A stretch of 64,000 nucleotides of DNA, taken from the IMG/VR virus record IMGVR_UViG_3300034152_000478, positions 1 through 64,000 of that record. One strand, 5' to 3'. Shown here one piece after another: positions 23,096-33,770 of this stretch. A model generated the notes under the pieces. That model was not told the origin of the DNA. It did no database searches and saw only the letters and a list, made by a program, of their open reading frames with translations. A program made the position numbers and the translations under genes. Source of the stretch: a virus. How positions within the stretch are numbered: the stretch's first letter is position 1; the number at the start of each line of letters is the position of its first letter.

Positions 23096-23983
23096 ATGGC
23101 TCGCAAGTACATTCTCACTCCAGAAATTCAGAAATATATTGCTGTTAACTATACGGTGATGACTGATAAGACTATGGGTAAACATCTGGATATTCCGGAG
23201 GAGACAATTCGGTATTGGCGTCGCAAATTGAAGCTGAAGAAAAAGAGCGTGGCACACGCCCCCGTAGAGCCGAGCATGGATGTAATCAAAGCCCTTGACG
23301 GTCAGAGCGAACATGTTCGCAGGATGAGCGCCAAAGAGAGGCGACAGTACTATCTTGAACAGCTACGATCACGTCCGCGTTATAAAATGGTTCAAACTAT
23401 CCTGGACGCAGATGAATTAGCTTTCTACGAAGACAAGTATATTGAGTACTTTTCTAATCCGGACATTGAGACATTGACCGTAACTGAGGAGGATGACATA
23501 CATGAGCTGACTATGACGCAGATAGAAAAGTTACGACTACAAAGATCGGTACTGCGCGATCAAAGCAATGCTGACTTGTTGGCACAGCACAGTCGCGCAA
23601 TTAAAGACAAAGACGAAACCATACTAAAAATCAAAAAGAGTCTCAGTCTGGAGCGTTCTCAGCGCTTGGAGAGACAGGCTGACACATCTACTAATTTCAC
23701 CAACCTGATCCGAGAACTGAACAATCGTGGCATTAGAGTATTGGCGGGTGCTGAAGTAGCAATGTTTAAGTTTAGGATGGAAGAAAGCATCAACCGCCTG
23801 GTAGAAGATGGGCATATGCGCGGCTTCGAGCAGTTTAATCTCGGTGACAATTTCAAATCCGGCGACTTACCGGAGGATTACGAACCGCCGCCAGAAGTGG
23901 AAGATTTTCACAGGGTTTCTGACGATGGCGACGAGCAAAAAGACGACAAAGAAAAAAGCCAAGAAGAAAAAGAAGACAACTAA
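23096..23983 (+). CDS. HTH plus coiled-coil protein, possible terminase small subunit
   Basis: N-terminal HTH (MGKHLDIPEETIRYWRRKL), helical body, located two genes upstream of TerL. Confidence 0.45.
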   Translation: MARKYILTPEIQKYIAVNYTVMTDKTMGKHLDIPEETIRYWRRKLKLKKKSVAHAPVEPSMDVIKALDGQSEHVRRMSAKERRQYYLEQLRSRPRYKMVQTILDADELAFYEDKYIEYFSNPDIETLTVTEEDDIHELTMTQIEKLRLQRSVLRDQSNADLLAQHSRAIKDKDETILKIKKSLSLERSQRLERQADTSTNFTNLIRELNNRGIRVLAGAEVAMFKFRMEESINRLVEDGHMRGFEQFNLGDNFKSGDLPEDYEPPPEVEDFHRVSDDGDEQKDDKEKSQEEKEDN

Positions 23984-24473
23984 GAAAAAAGCTGCTCCTA
24001 CTGCACAATTCACTATAATACGTGACTCCAGGGAGCATGAGGGTAACGGTTATATCTTCAAGACGACTGCTGCCTGTGCTGGCACTGTTACCCGTAAACT
24101 TGATTATGGCGATTACAGCATAGAAGGACTGGAGAACTTCGTCATAATTGAGCGCAAGAAATCGGTAGACGAGCTTGCACACTGCCTTGGTGCTGACCGC
24201 GATCGATTCTATCGAGAACTTGACGCTATGAGTCATGTACCCCACCGCTACATTATTGTTGAAGACTACTGGTCGATGGTCGGCTGGAAAAAAGTCGGTC
24301 GCTTCAGCCAGATGCATCCCAACTCTTTCATGTCTACAATCTTTAGCCTCATGATGCGTAATGGCTTTCATGTCATGTTCGCTGGAACCCCTAAAAATGC
24401 TAAGCGTCTTACTTATTGGATATTGAGCAAGGCACATAAGTACTACATGGAGGAGCAATGTCGCAGTCATTAA
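23925..24473 (+). CDS. ERCC4-domain nuclease
   Basis: IIRDSRE, GDYSI, IERKKSVDEL motifs; Lys-rich N-terminus. Confidence 0.85.
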   Translation: MATSKKTTKKKAKKKKKTTKKKAAPTAQFTIIRDSREHEGNGYIFKTTAACAGTVTRKLDYGDYSIEGLENFVIIERKKSVDELAHCLGADRDRFYRELDAMSHVPHRYIIVEDYWSMVGWKKVGRFSQMHPNSFMSTIFSLMMRNGFHVMFAGTPKNAKRLTYWILSKAHKYYMEEQCRSH

Positions 24474-26290
24474 TGCCAACTGCCATTATTCAGCCGGATT
24501 ACTGGTACGCAAACAGAGTAGATGAAAACCTTCTCAGGAATCCTTTAACTGATGCTGATTGCATGGTTACGGAAGTCGACAATCCACTGTCAGAAATTTG
24601 TGCTCTATCATTCTATTCTTTGCCGTGGGCATGTAAATACATTTTAGGTACTGAAATTGCGCCCTATCAGGCAGCATTTCTATATACATTGTGGACAAGG
24701 AAGTATCCGCTACTTCTTGCCTCTCGTGGTGCCAGTAAGACGTTTACGCTTGGTATGTACGCGCTTCTGCGAGCGCTTTATCAGCAAGGCAGTAAGATTA
24801 TCATTGTATCATCTTCATTCCGTCAGGCAAAAAGACCGTTTGAGGAGATGGAGCGCATTTTCAATCGGGCTCCACTTCTTAGGTCAGCCATTAACACAAC
24901 CCCAAAACATAGTAATGACTGTTGGTATTTCAATGTAGGAGAAAGCGTTATCAAGGCACTACCTCTTGGTGATGGTGGCAAAATCCGTGGTGAGCGTGCT
25001 TCTGTGGTTATCATTGATGAGGTTGATGAAGTTGATCCAGAAGTATTCCACGTGGTTGTGCGTGGTTTTGCTGCCACCCAGCTTGATCCTATGGACAAAG
25101 TGAGGGAGGCTGCACGCAGGCGTCGCGACGGACTCGAACCGGCAAAGCGCAAACCTGGTGAGGGCAACCAAATCATAATTGCTGGTACTGCTGGATTTAC
25201 CGAGGGCAATTTCCACAAAATGTTCACGCAGTACAATAAAATCATTGACTACCAAATTCAAGGATATGGATATGAACCTGAGATTGTCGAAGCATTAGGT
25301 TCTGATTTTGGTGATATCTATATCGACAAGAAAGATTATGGAGTCATAGAGCTGCCTTGGCGTTATGTGCCAGAAGGCATTTTGGATCGTGAAATGGTAT
25401 CGCAGGCTCGGCTTACTATGTCAGACATGCTGTTTGACATGGAGTACAATTGCAAGTTTGGCGATACATCGCATGGCTTCTTTTCTCATAAAGCCATTGA
25501 GGCAGCGACAGCAAAAGGTCCAGAAGCATTTGGCATCGAAGTAGCTGGAGCACCAGATAGAGCATATGCGCTTGGACTGGACCCTGCGAGAACCGGCGAT
25601 GCCTTTGGTTTCGTGATAGTTGAAATCGGACACCCACATAAGATTGTGTATGTCCACACCAACATTAACGTTGCATTCTCTGATAATGTGCAGAAAGTAC
25701 GCGAACTACTACGGCGTTTCAACATTGTTAGAATTGGCATAGATGCTGGTGGTGGTGGTCTTACCATTAGGGATATGCTTGTATTAGAAGAGCTGATGCG
25801 AGAGGGAGACAGAGCAATCTATGAGATAGAGGCCGATGATCAAACAAGGCCCGGCGACTATATTCTGCAGATGATCAATTTTGCTCCTAAGTGGATTGAG
25901 GAAGCCAACTTTCTGTTGCAGAAAAACATCGAAGATAAACGCATCATGTTTCCATCGAGAGTGATTAGTCAGAAACATTACAACACTGAAGGTGCCATTG
26001 ATGAAACAGAGGCTGATCAAGTTTTCGAGGAAATCATTAACTGTAAGAAAGAGCTATATCAGATATCGGTTTCACAGACAGCACATGGCTTTAAGCACTT
26101 TGATATCAATCCTTCACTGGAAGCCAAGAAAAGAAAGATGCGTGCTCGCAAGGACCGCTATTCGGCGTTGTTAATAGCGAACTATGTTGCTAATGACTAT
26201 CTGGACTTAATAGAGGGTCGAAAAGACAATCAGGCATTCGTCAGAAGGCAGTGGGAAAATGCCATCGGCGGCTGGGCCGAAGAATTTTAG
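24458..26290 (+). CDS. terminase large subunit
   Basis: Walker A ASRGASKT, Walker B VIIDEVD, GTAG coupling motif, RNase H-like LGLDPA, C-terminal KDRYSA. Confidence 0.9.
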   Translation: MSQSLMPTAIIQPDYWYANRVDENLLRNPLTDADCMVTEVDNPLSEICALSFYSLPWACKYILGTEIAPYQAAFLYTLWTRKYPLLLASRGASKTFTLGMYALLRALYQQGSKIIIVSSSFRQAKRPFEEMERIFNRAPLLRSAINTTPKHSNDCWYFNVGESVIKALPLGDGGKIRGERASVVIIDEVDEVDPEVFHVVVRGFAATQLDPMDKVREAARRRRDGLEPAKRKPGEGNQIIIAGTAGFTEGNFHKMFTQYNKIIDYQIQGYGYEPEIVEALGSDFGDIYIDKKDYGVIELPWRYVPEGILDREMVSQARLTMSDMLFDMEYNCKFGDTSHGFFSHKAIEAATAKGPEAFGIEVAGAPDRAYALGLDPARTGDAFGFVIVEIGHPHKIVYVHTNINVAFSDNVQKVRELLRRFNIVRIGIDAGGGGLTIRDMLVLEELMREGDRAIYEIEADDQTRPGDYILQMINFAPKWIEEANFLLQKNIEDKRIMFPSRVISQKHYNTEGAIDETEADQVFEEIINCKKELYQISVSQTAHGFKHFDINPSLEAKKRKMRARKDRYSALLIANYVANDYLDLIEGRKDNQAFVRRQWENAIGGWAEEF

Positions 26291-26333
26291 CCGTATTTAT
26301 TGATGGAACATCTATGCAAAAGGCGGAGATATT

Positions 26334-28415
26334 ATGGGTAAAAAGCACGATGATTTGCGTAAGCTGTTGAAAATTCACGGCTCTCAACAGCCATCGAGTG
26401 ATTTCGATAGAGAGAAAGTGGTGGCGAAGTGGAACGCTCTCGCTGAAGACGACACTGGTAGAGAAGACAAAGATATCCGAGTGCAGCATCTGATAGCTCG
26501 CAAGGTTGGCGAGGTAGATATCTCGGAGAGTAACATCTTCAGACGCCAGAATAATAGCGCCAGACAGAAGATTCTGGATGCACGTAGCGCCTATGAGAAT
26601 ATCGGCCTAATCGGCAACATTCTGGATATCATGACTGATTTTGCTCTGGAGGGTTTGACTATAACTCATGAGAGTGAATCGGCCGAACGCTTTTTCCAAC
26701 GCTGGGCTTTGAGAACCAACCTGAATCAAATACTGGAAGAAGTGCTACGGGGAATATTCAGAGATGGGAATGTTCCTATTATGACCTATAAGGCCCGTAT
26801 TCTACCTTCAGAAATCACTATTCTGAAGAGAATTATGGCCGCCAGAGCTACCGGCCAGGGATTATTTACACCAGAAAGACCGAGAACGTCGGACACTCGA
26901 ATACCCTATAAGTTTACCATCCTTGATGTTACCAAGCTACATCTGGAAGAATCTGGCCTGTTTGGGAAACGCACTTACACATATCAGTTTGACAAGAAGG
27001 AAGTTAAAGAGGCTTTGGCAGCTACCGATCGAGAGACCAAAGAACTTCTGCGTGCAATGCGCGAAGGGCTGACAGACAAACAATGGAATACGTTCAAAAA
27101 GACAGGCCGCTATCCACTTAATAGTGATAAGCTTACTATGTTATTCTATAAGAAGGATAGCTATAAGGACTGGGCCAATCCAATGTTAACACGTGTTATG
27201 GACGACTTGAAATTCAAACGGGTTCTTCGCAACATGGATATCTCTATCGCCGAATCAATCCAGAATTCAGTCCAGATAATCAAGCTTGGTGATACTGTAA
27301 AAGGATTTCCTACTTCTCGATCGCGTCTTGATAAAATGGCCAATATGCTGGTTAATCCCAGCAAATCCAAGACTATTGTGTGGGATGACCTTATTGAGAT
27401 AGAAAGCGACTATCCAGATACTGGCACTATTTTGGGCTCGGACAAGTACCAGGCAGTTGAATCCGATATTCTGGCTGGATTGGGTGTTTCCGAGGTTCTT
27501 GTTGGTGGAACGGGTGGCAACTACTCCAACTCATTTCTCAGTGTGCGCACTCTTATGGAGCGTCTTGAAACTGGACGTGGAATTGTTCACTTGAATCTGC
27601 TAATTCCAATACTGGTAGATATTTCCAGAGCTATTGGGCTTCGTAAGCCGCCATTCGTGCGCTTCAAGCATATGTCTCTACGAGACGAAAATGCCGAAAA
27701 GAAACTGCTCATGGAGCTTGTGGATAGAAACGTCATCTCTTACCGGACTCTGCTTGAGTACTTCGGTCATGATCTTGATGTTGAAATTAAGCGCATGAAG
27801 CGGGAGGATAAGATCCGCGAGCGCCTGGATGACACTCACCAGCACACCTTGAAGAAGGTTGGCAAGTTTGGTCCTCACGCTACTGATGCAGATAGTCAGG
27901 CACAGTACATGAAGGACTACCAAGATCCCGATAGTCAGCCTACTGCTCAAGAGCAGCAAGGTGAAATGGGTGGACGCCCAGAGCAGGTCAACGAAGAGCC
28001 AGAGCAGCAAGATACAGAAAGAGATACGAAACCTAAAGGTATTGCCAAAGAAGTTATTAGGGATGTTCAGAAAGCATACACACTTATAAAGAAACGTGAG
28101 ATGCAGCGCATTGCTGTGGCCAATGGTATTACTGTGCGTGAGCTAAAGAAGCCACAACGTGAGATGGCTGAAGAGGTTGCGTTCGATATCTTGACACGCT
28201 TTGATGATATTAGCGCGGTTAATGAGGAAGCTATTGACAATGCCGTATATTATAAGACGAAGGCCCCTGCTATTTTAGACCGTTGTGTCAAGCAGGTTTA
28301 CCAAAGCCTTCTCAGGAGATTTAGGAAGCGATTCAATCGTGAACCTAAGGCCAAGGAGCGGGATAAGTTGCGCAGTTCTGCCTGGGCAATATGTAGAGAC
28401 AGGCTGGATATGTAG
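26334..28415 (+). CDS. portal protein
   Basis: 693 aa directly after TerL; helical; acidic/charged C-terminal extension. Confidence 0.75.
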   Translation: MGKKHDDLRKLLKIHGSQQPSSDFDREKVVAKWNALAEDDTGREDKDIRVQHLIARKVGEVDISESNIFRRQNNSARQKILDARSAYENIGLIGNILDIMTDFALEGLTITHESESAERFFQRWALRTNLNQILEEVLRGIFRDGNVPIMTYKARILPSEITILKRIMAARATGQGLFTPERPRTSDTRIPYKFTILDVTKLHLEESGLFGKRTYTYQFDKKEVKEALAATDRETKELLRAMREGLTDKQWNTFKKTGRYPLNSDKLTMLFYKKDSYKDWANPMLTRVMDDLKFKRVLRNMDISIAESIQNSVQIIKLGDTVKGFPTSRSRLDKMANMLVNPSKSKTIVWDDLIEIESDYPDTGTILGSDKYQAVESDILAGLGVSEVLVGGTGGNYSNSFLSVRTLMERLETGRGIVHLNLLIPILVDISRAIGLRKPPFVRFKHMSLRDENAEKKLLMELVDRNVISYRTLLEYFGHDLDVEIKRMKREDKIRERLDDTHQHTLKKVGKFGPHATDADSQAQYMKDYQDPDSQPTAQEQQGEMGGRPEQVNEEPEQQDTERDTKPKGIAKEVIRDVQKAYTLIKKREMQRIAVANGITVRELKKPQREMAEEVAFDILTRFDDISAVNEEAIDNAVYYKTKAPAILDRCVKQVYQSLLRRFRKRFNREPKAKERDKLRSSAWAICRDRLDM

Positions 28416-28424
28416 GAGAAGCGA

Positions 28425-28745
28425 ATGGAGCCTCTGGTAACGATATTGGAGCAGCATGGGCTCGGTGTAGCCATGGCTGTTGCCGTGTGTCTGGTGGCCT
28501 GGTTTCTTTTGCGACATATCATAAACGCCCAAAAAGAAGACAGGAAGATTTGGCATGAGACTTTGCAAAAGCAGCAATTACTCATCGAAAATCATCTTAC
28601 ACACCTAACTGCTTCCAGTGAGAGCACGTCACAAATGCTGCAGCATCATGATGAAAACTCTGGCAAAAACTCCGACAACATTGTCAGGGCTATTGATGCG
28701 CAGACGAATCTCATGAGGGCCTATTTTGAAAAGAAAGGTCTTTAA
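28425..28745 (+). CDS. holin-like single-TM protein
   Basis: N-terminal TM (GLGVAMAVAVCLVAWFLL) followed by a coiled coil. Confidence 0.45.
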   Translation: MEPLVTILEQHGLGVAMAVAVCLVAWFLLRHIINAQKEDRKIWHETLQKQQLLIENHLTHLTASSESTSQMLQHHDENSGKNSDNIVRAIDAQTNLMRAYFEKKGL

Positions 28746-30364
28746 TGAAGAATCTAACTAAAGTCATATTGCGAACTACTGCAAGTATTCTGACTCCGGT
28801 CGTCAATGAACCACTGACTACTGGGGCAGAGCCCCTTGCAGAAGATAATGCATATATTGTGACACAGGAGGATTTGTTAACCCTCGAATCTGTGTTGGTT
28901 TCGACAGGAATGAACGATAACGATGATTTGTTTCTCGCTCAGGAGCTTATCGGTGCTCGTGGCACCGGCCGTCATAAGCCAGTAAATATTGAGCACGACG
29001 ACTTACAGATTGTTGGTCACATGACCGAATCTTTTGTCGCGATGAAAACCGGGGAAAGAATCAACGAAGCCGTTCTTCTCGAAGAATCGGAGCGTCTACC
29101 TGCCAATTTCGACCTTGTAAGTAGAGCTGTAGTGTATGCGTACATCTTCCCAGAATTAGCACGCGAGATACGGGAGAGAGCTGCACACAATGAACTTTTT
29201 GTATCGGTAGAGGCATGGTTTCAGGATTACGACTACATAGTCGGAACCCGAATCGTTCGTAGAAATGCAGAAACTTCTGAAAAACTCGAACCGATTCTTC
29301 GGATTAACGGAGGCAGCGGCCAAATCAATGGTCAACGGCTTGGTCGTGTGCTGAGAGGTCTTATTATTGGTGGTAAGGGCTTAGTTGAAGCACCGGCCAA
29401 TAAAGATAGCGTTATTCGCTCGGTGTCGTGCGAAGTCGAAGCAAATTCTATTGTAGATTTACTTGACAAGAATACCATAGGGCACTTTGTGGATAATGCT
29501 TTCATACCACTTGAGGGAGAGACTGAGGCTACTGTTCATGTAGAGGAGGAAGACATGAAGAAAGCTGAGGCTGCTAAGAAAGCGGCCGAGGAAAAAGGCA
29601 AAAAGACTAAGCCTGAGGAAGAAGAGTCTGAGGCCACTCATCACAAAGACAAGAAAAAGAAAGAAGCCAAAGAAGGCGAGAAGTGCGACAAAGAGAAGAA
29701 AGCACGCAAGACTAAGGCTGACGACGAAGAGACTCAGGAAGAGTCTACCGACACCACTGCTGTGACCGAAGATGAATCCACCGAGGAGGATGAGGATAAG
29801 GCTCAGGATCAGGAGGCTGACGACACCCCTGCTGAGCAGGAGCAGACTGAGTCTGATACTGAATCTAAATCCGCCGATGAAGAGTGGGCTTCCAGGTTGC
29901 AGGAAATGAATGATCGACTTGCGAATATCGAAACTTCTTCTAAGGCAGACAAGGAAGAGATTGAGAAGCTTCGCGGTCTTCTGGACACTAAAGACAAGGA
30001 TATCAAAGAGCTTAACGAAAAGCTTGAGAAACTGGAGAAGCAGCCCGAAGAGTCCAAGACGGCAGATTCTGATGCTGGCTCTGAGCAATCAGGCGACGAT
30101 AAGCCCGAAGATAAACCTGAGGCGAAAGACACTAAGCCTGCTGATACAGGCAAAGAATCGGAGCCCGAGTCTGAGGTGGATGATTCTGCGATTGAAGATG
30201 CATTAGACAATGCACTGGATAATGCAGATAAGGAAGAAGATCCTGTTGACTTCTCAGGTGCCGAAGAGGAAGCTGACGAAGAATTGCAAGGTGAATTCAA
30301 AGATGTTCTTACACAGTTAGGCATGTTGCCTAACGAAGAAGGTAAAGACAAAGGAGGTAGCTAA
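28745..30364 (+). CDS. prohead protease/scaffold fusion
   Basis: N-terminal domain with NDNDD, NIEH, VSVE, GLVEAPAN motifs; C-terminal acidic coiled-coil region; precedes the capsid genes. Confidence 0.7.
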   Translation: MKNLTKVILRTTASILTPVVNEPLTTGAEPLAEDNAYIVTQEDLLTLESVLVSTGMNDNDDLFLAQELIGARGTGRHKPVNIEHDDLQIVGHMTESFVAMKTGERINEAVLLEESERLPANFDLVSRAVVYAYIFPELAREIRERAAHNELFVSVEAWFQDYDYIVGTRIVRRNAETSEKLEPILRINGGSGQINGQRLGRVLRGLIIGGKGLVEAPANKDSVIRSVSCEVEANSIVDLLDKNTIGHFVDNAFIPLEGETEATVHVEEEDMKKAEAAKKAAEEKGKKTKPEEEESEATHHKDKKKKEAKEGEKCDKEKKARKTKADDEETQEESTDTTAVTEDESTEEDEDKAQDQEADDTPAEQEQTESDTESKSADEEWASRLQEMNDRLANIETSSKADKEEIEKLRGLLDTKDKDIKELNEKLEKLEKQPEESKTADSDAGSEQSGDDKPEDKPEAKDTKPADTGKESEPESEVDDSAIEDALDNALDNADKEEDPVDFSGAEEEADEELQGEFKDVLTQLGMLPNEEGKDKGGS

Positions 30365-30819
30365 TGGCTCTCAAGGGTGACAGGCAGTTTGGATATGAGA
30401 CTGCCAGATATCGCCTGAACGAGGTTGTGGAGAAAGGCTACTTCGTTATGCTGGACAGCTCTAACGAAGGGTATGTCAAGGTCGTTGATACTGATGTGAC
30501 GGCTGAAGTTGATGTACTTGGCTGCCTGCTTCACAACATGGTTGCAGACGAAAGCACGGAGCGACCAGAGAACTTCCAGAAGGCGTTCAATGTTTGGCTG
30601 GGCGGGACAGTTCCTGTTCTCCAGGCAGGTCGTGTTCGTACAGACGTGATTCATGATGCTGGCTCACTTGCTGCTGCAGCACCAGCATACGTGAATCAGA
30701 GTGGTATCCTAACGGATTCCAGTGGCACCGATGGGTACGCCTATCGGAGAGTCGGCGTTTTCGAGAGCGCCATTGACTCTGATGGTTATGTAGAAGTCGA
30801 TTTCGACTGCCGCAAGTAA
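30364..30819 (+). CDS. capsid decoration/cement protein
   Basis: 151 aa between scaffold and major capsid genes. Confidence 0.6.
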   Translation: MALKGDRQFGYETARYRLNEVVEKGYFVMLDSSNEGYVKVVDTDVTAEVDVLGCLLHNMVADESTERPENFQKAFNVWLGGTVPVLQAGRVRTDVIHDAGSLAAAAPAYVNQSGILTDSSGTDGYAYRRVGVFESAIDSDGYVEVDFDCRK

Positions 30820-30831
30820 GGAAGGAGGTTA

Positions 30832-31842
30832 ATGATGCAAAGAGTACTTGGTACAAACCTAACTGCTGAGCAGCGTGACCTTCTTCGCATGACTGCGAGC
30901 AAGGATATCAGGCTGCGTCGGAAGTACCGCAGAGCCCTTGCACAGGTGCTTGAAGGTGCTTTCCGAGCTGCTGTTCTTGAGGAAGACAGCATTGGTAGCA
31001 TCTACCAGACGATTAGTATCGCGGCTGGTGCTGATGTTAAGTTCCCGCTCCACTTCCTTCCGCCTGGCGCTGAAGAAGACCGGGTTGCCTGGGTGATGCC
31101 GAAAGAGGGAGCGATCCCACATCGGTTCATCGAAGGCGATGAGGTCTATGTGCCAACGTATGAGCTTGCCAATAGTATCGATTGGCCTCTGCGTTATGCA
31201 CGCGACGCTCGGTGGGACGTTGTTGCGGATGCCATGGACGTATTTCGCTATGGCTTTACACGCAAGAAAAACGATGACGGCTGGCACACACTGCTTGCAT
31301 CAGCCATCGGCAATGGTCGCATTGTTGATACTGCTGCTGCACAGGGCGCGTTCACCAAGAGACTGATCACCAATCTTATGACTGGTATTCGCAGACTCAC
31401 AGGTGGTCGTGCAAGTCGGGTCACAGATATCTATCTGTCACCTGAGGCGATGGCCGATATTCGTAACTGGACGGACACTGAGGTTGACGAGATTACTCGT
31501 CGAGAAATCTTTGTTGGTCCTAATCCAGGCGGTCTTCCTTCAATCTTCGGTATTGCGCTCCATGAGCTGCAGGAACTGGGCGATGGTCAGCGCTATCAGG
31601 ATTGGATGGAAGATTCTGACGGTGGAAACCAGAGTGGTTGGTTCACGACAGATGATGAGTTCTGCGTAGCTCTCGACCTGCGTGGCCGTGCCAATTACCC
31701 ATTCAAGATGCCTCTCAGAGAAGACCTTGGTGTCTTTGACGATGAGAGTCTGCACCGCAGCGCTCGTATGGGCGTTTACGGTTGGATGGAGCTTGGCTTT
31801 GTCGTATTGGACGCTCGTTACGCGCTCATCGGCACATTCTAA
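30832..31842 (+). CDS. major capsid protein
   Basis: 336 aa, position in the head module, strong RBS, followed by a terminator. Confidence 0.8.
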   Translation: MMQRVLGTNLTAEQRDLLRMTASKDIRLRRKYRRALAQVLEGAFRAAVLEEDSIGSIYQTISIAAGADVKFPLHFLPPGAEEDRVAWVMPKEGAIPHRFIEGDEVYVPTYELANSIDWPLRYARDARWDVVADAMDVFRYGFTRKKNDDGWHTLLASAIGNGRIVDTAAAQGAFTKRLITNLMTGIRRLTGGRASRVTDIYLSPEAMADIRNWTDTEVDEITRREIFVGPNPGGLPSIFGIALHELQELGDGQRYQDWMEDSDGGNQSGWFTTDDEFCVALDLRGRANYPFKMPLREDLGVFDDESLHRSARMGVYGWMELGFVVLDARYALIGTF

Positions 31843-31861
31843 ACCACCCAAACCTGTTAAT

Positions 31862-31894
31862 AAAGCCGGGGCTTTTAGGAGCCTCGGCTTTTTT
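31862..31894 (+). terminator. intrinsic terminator
   Basis: AAAGCCGGGGCTT-TTAG-GAGCCTCGGCTTT followed by a T-run. Confidence 0.85.
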
Positions 31895-31907
31895 ATTACC
31901 CTCGTGT

Positions 31908-31920
31908 CGTATATTTAATT
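31908..31920 (+). promoter_or_regulatory. putative late promoter CGTATAWWTAATT
   Basis: CGTATATTTAATT; same motif at 37202 and 43425. Confidence 0.55.
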
Positions 31921-31961
31921 GAGGTACTCTGTTTCTGAAACTCTTTTTTGAGGAAAAAGAA

Positions 31962-33758
31962 GTGGCTTATCATATCTTTGATTATGGACCTACCGGAAGA
32001 CATATACTGGTTGACGAATATGGGCGTCTAATAGTTACTCCTGACTTATCACAGAGTGGCTATGTTTACGCTTATGGTGATACTGGGTATCCTTTAGCAG
32101 TTGATGGTGCTGGTCGATTGCTTATTAACCCATCTGGCTTCGAGGCTGCTCTGTCTGGAAACTATTACGCTAAAGACGAGCATCTTGTGCCAGAGTCTGC
32201 TGACACATATAATCTTGGAGAGGCAGGCACGCGATTCAATACTCTGTTTGCTCAGTCTGGCAACTTTGCAGCGGGCATGTCAGTGGGCGGACAAGTCTTT
32301 GAACATCCCACCCCACACCCAATAGAAGCTGACGCAGCATTATTCAGAAACCTACGCATTCCTGATTACCAGTCTATGGCAAGCAAGACGAGCGCTGAAT
32401 ACAACGTAGCTCTTGGCTGGATGGCTCTACAAAAGATCACCAATCCACTGGAAAATGTTGGTGTTGGCTATAAAGCCTTGCAAGAAGTCACAGTCGGCAA
32501 CTACAATATCGGCGTTGGCTCAAATGCTGGCAACACTATCGTCAGTGGCGACTATAATACCTGCATAGGTTGGAATGCCGATGTAGATTACCATGACCGT
32601 CAAAAAGCTACCGCAATTGGCCATTATGCCACAGCTTCAGGTGATAACCAAATCCGTCTCGGTGATGAATTTTCTGAGGTTCATTGCGAGAATCTTATGG
32701 TCCAGCAAAACCTGGTTGTCGCTTCAGGCCGCTTTAGAAATGTTATTCAAGTCGGTCATGGAGCAATGCGCATCTATGACAACGGCAGCATCGGTATCGG
32801 TTATGACATTTTTAAGGAAGCAGATAACAACCAGAATGTCGCTATAGGCAATAATGCAATGATCAGAGCTTCTGGTCAATATTCTATAGCCATGGGTGTG
32901 TCGGCTTCGCAGAATTTGCCTGCTGGTTCTAACAACAATGTAGCTTTAGGCACTTTTGCGTTACGCAACGATAATCACCATACAATTAGTGAGTCCGTAG
33001 GTATCGGTCCAAGCACATTTCGTCAGATACAAAGCAATGTCTCTTGGGGTATCGCTATTGGAGAAAGTGCTGCTCTTTTTGCAGGAGGCAATAGAAATAT
33101 CGCTATTGGACAAAAGTCTGGCGGCGGTGCTTCTGCTGGCACTACTGGTGATAATTGTATATGTATTGGTACCAATGCAGGTGGCCAAAGCTTGGCAAAT
33201 GAAACTATAGCGATTGGTCGTGAGGCACTGTATTTCCCACCTGATCAATTTAGCGTAAGGAATATAGCGATAGGCTACTACGCGCTACGACAACTCAAAC
33301 ATATGTCTACAAACTGTATAGGCATAGGCTCACAAGTAGGGCGTCTTGCAGGTGGATCTGGAATAATTTTGATTGGCGATAGTGCTGGATTTTGGCAATT
33401 TGGCAATTACAATACTATTATAGGCAATAATGCTTTGCCTACACTTGTACTGACTGGATCAAACAATACTCTTATAGGTGCCGACACAGACTTAAACGAT
33501 GTTTCAATAGAGTATTCAACCGCAATTGGTGCTGGTGCCGTAGCAAGTGGCTCTAATCAGGTTCGTCTTGGCGGCCAAACGGAAGAAGTTCACTGTGAAA
33601 GACTTCAAGTAGAGCGCGACTTCAGGCTTGGTGTTTATACCAGTGGAACTCGACCTTCTGCTGGCGTACCTGGCCGGTTGATATTCAACACAGATGACGG
33701 CAAGATCAACGTCGATGATGGTACCAATTGGACTTGGGCAGACGGCACAGTGATATAA
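31962..33758 (+). CDS. fibre-like virion protein with YadA-head-like NxAIG repeats
   Basis: Many N-x-A-I-G-x-x-A repeats. Confidence 0.7.
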   Translation: MAYHIFDYGPTGRHILVDEYGRLIVTPDLSQSGYVYAYGDTGYPLAVDGAGRLLINPSGFEAALSGNYYAKDEHLVPESADTYNLGEAGTRFNTLFAQSGNFAAGMSVGGQVFEHPTPHPIEADAALFRNLRIPDYQSMASKTSAEYNVALGWMALQKITNPLENVGVGYKALQEVTVGNYNIGVGSNAGNTIVSGDYNTCIGWNADVDYHDRQKATAIGHYATASGDNQIRLGDEFSEVHCENLMVQQNLVVASGRFRNVIQVGHGAMRIYDNGSIGIGYDIFKEADNNQNVAIGNNAMIRASGQYSIAMGVSASQNLPAGSNNNVALGTFALRNDNHHTISESVGIGPSTFRQIQSNVSWGIAIGESAALFAGGNRNIAIGQKSGGGASAGTTGDNCICIGTNAGGQSLANETIAIGREALYFPPDQFSVRNIAIGYYALRQLKHMSTNCIGIGSQVGRLAGGSGIILIGDSAGFWQFGNYNTIIGNNALPTLVLTGSNNTLIGADTDLNDVSIEYSTAIGAGAVASGSNQVRLGGQTEEVHCERLQVERDFRLGVYTSGTRPSAGVPGRLIFNTDDGKINVDDGTNWTWADGTVI

Positions 33759-33770
33759 GGGATGTGAATA

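Noticed and set aside
18745-26290. Inteins or group I introns in RNR or terminase
   Set aside because: The frames are continuous and no intein splice motifs were seen.
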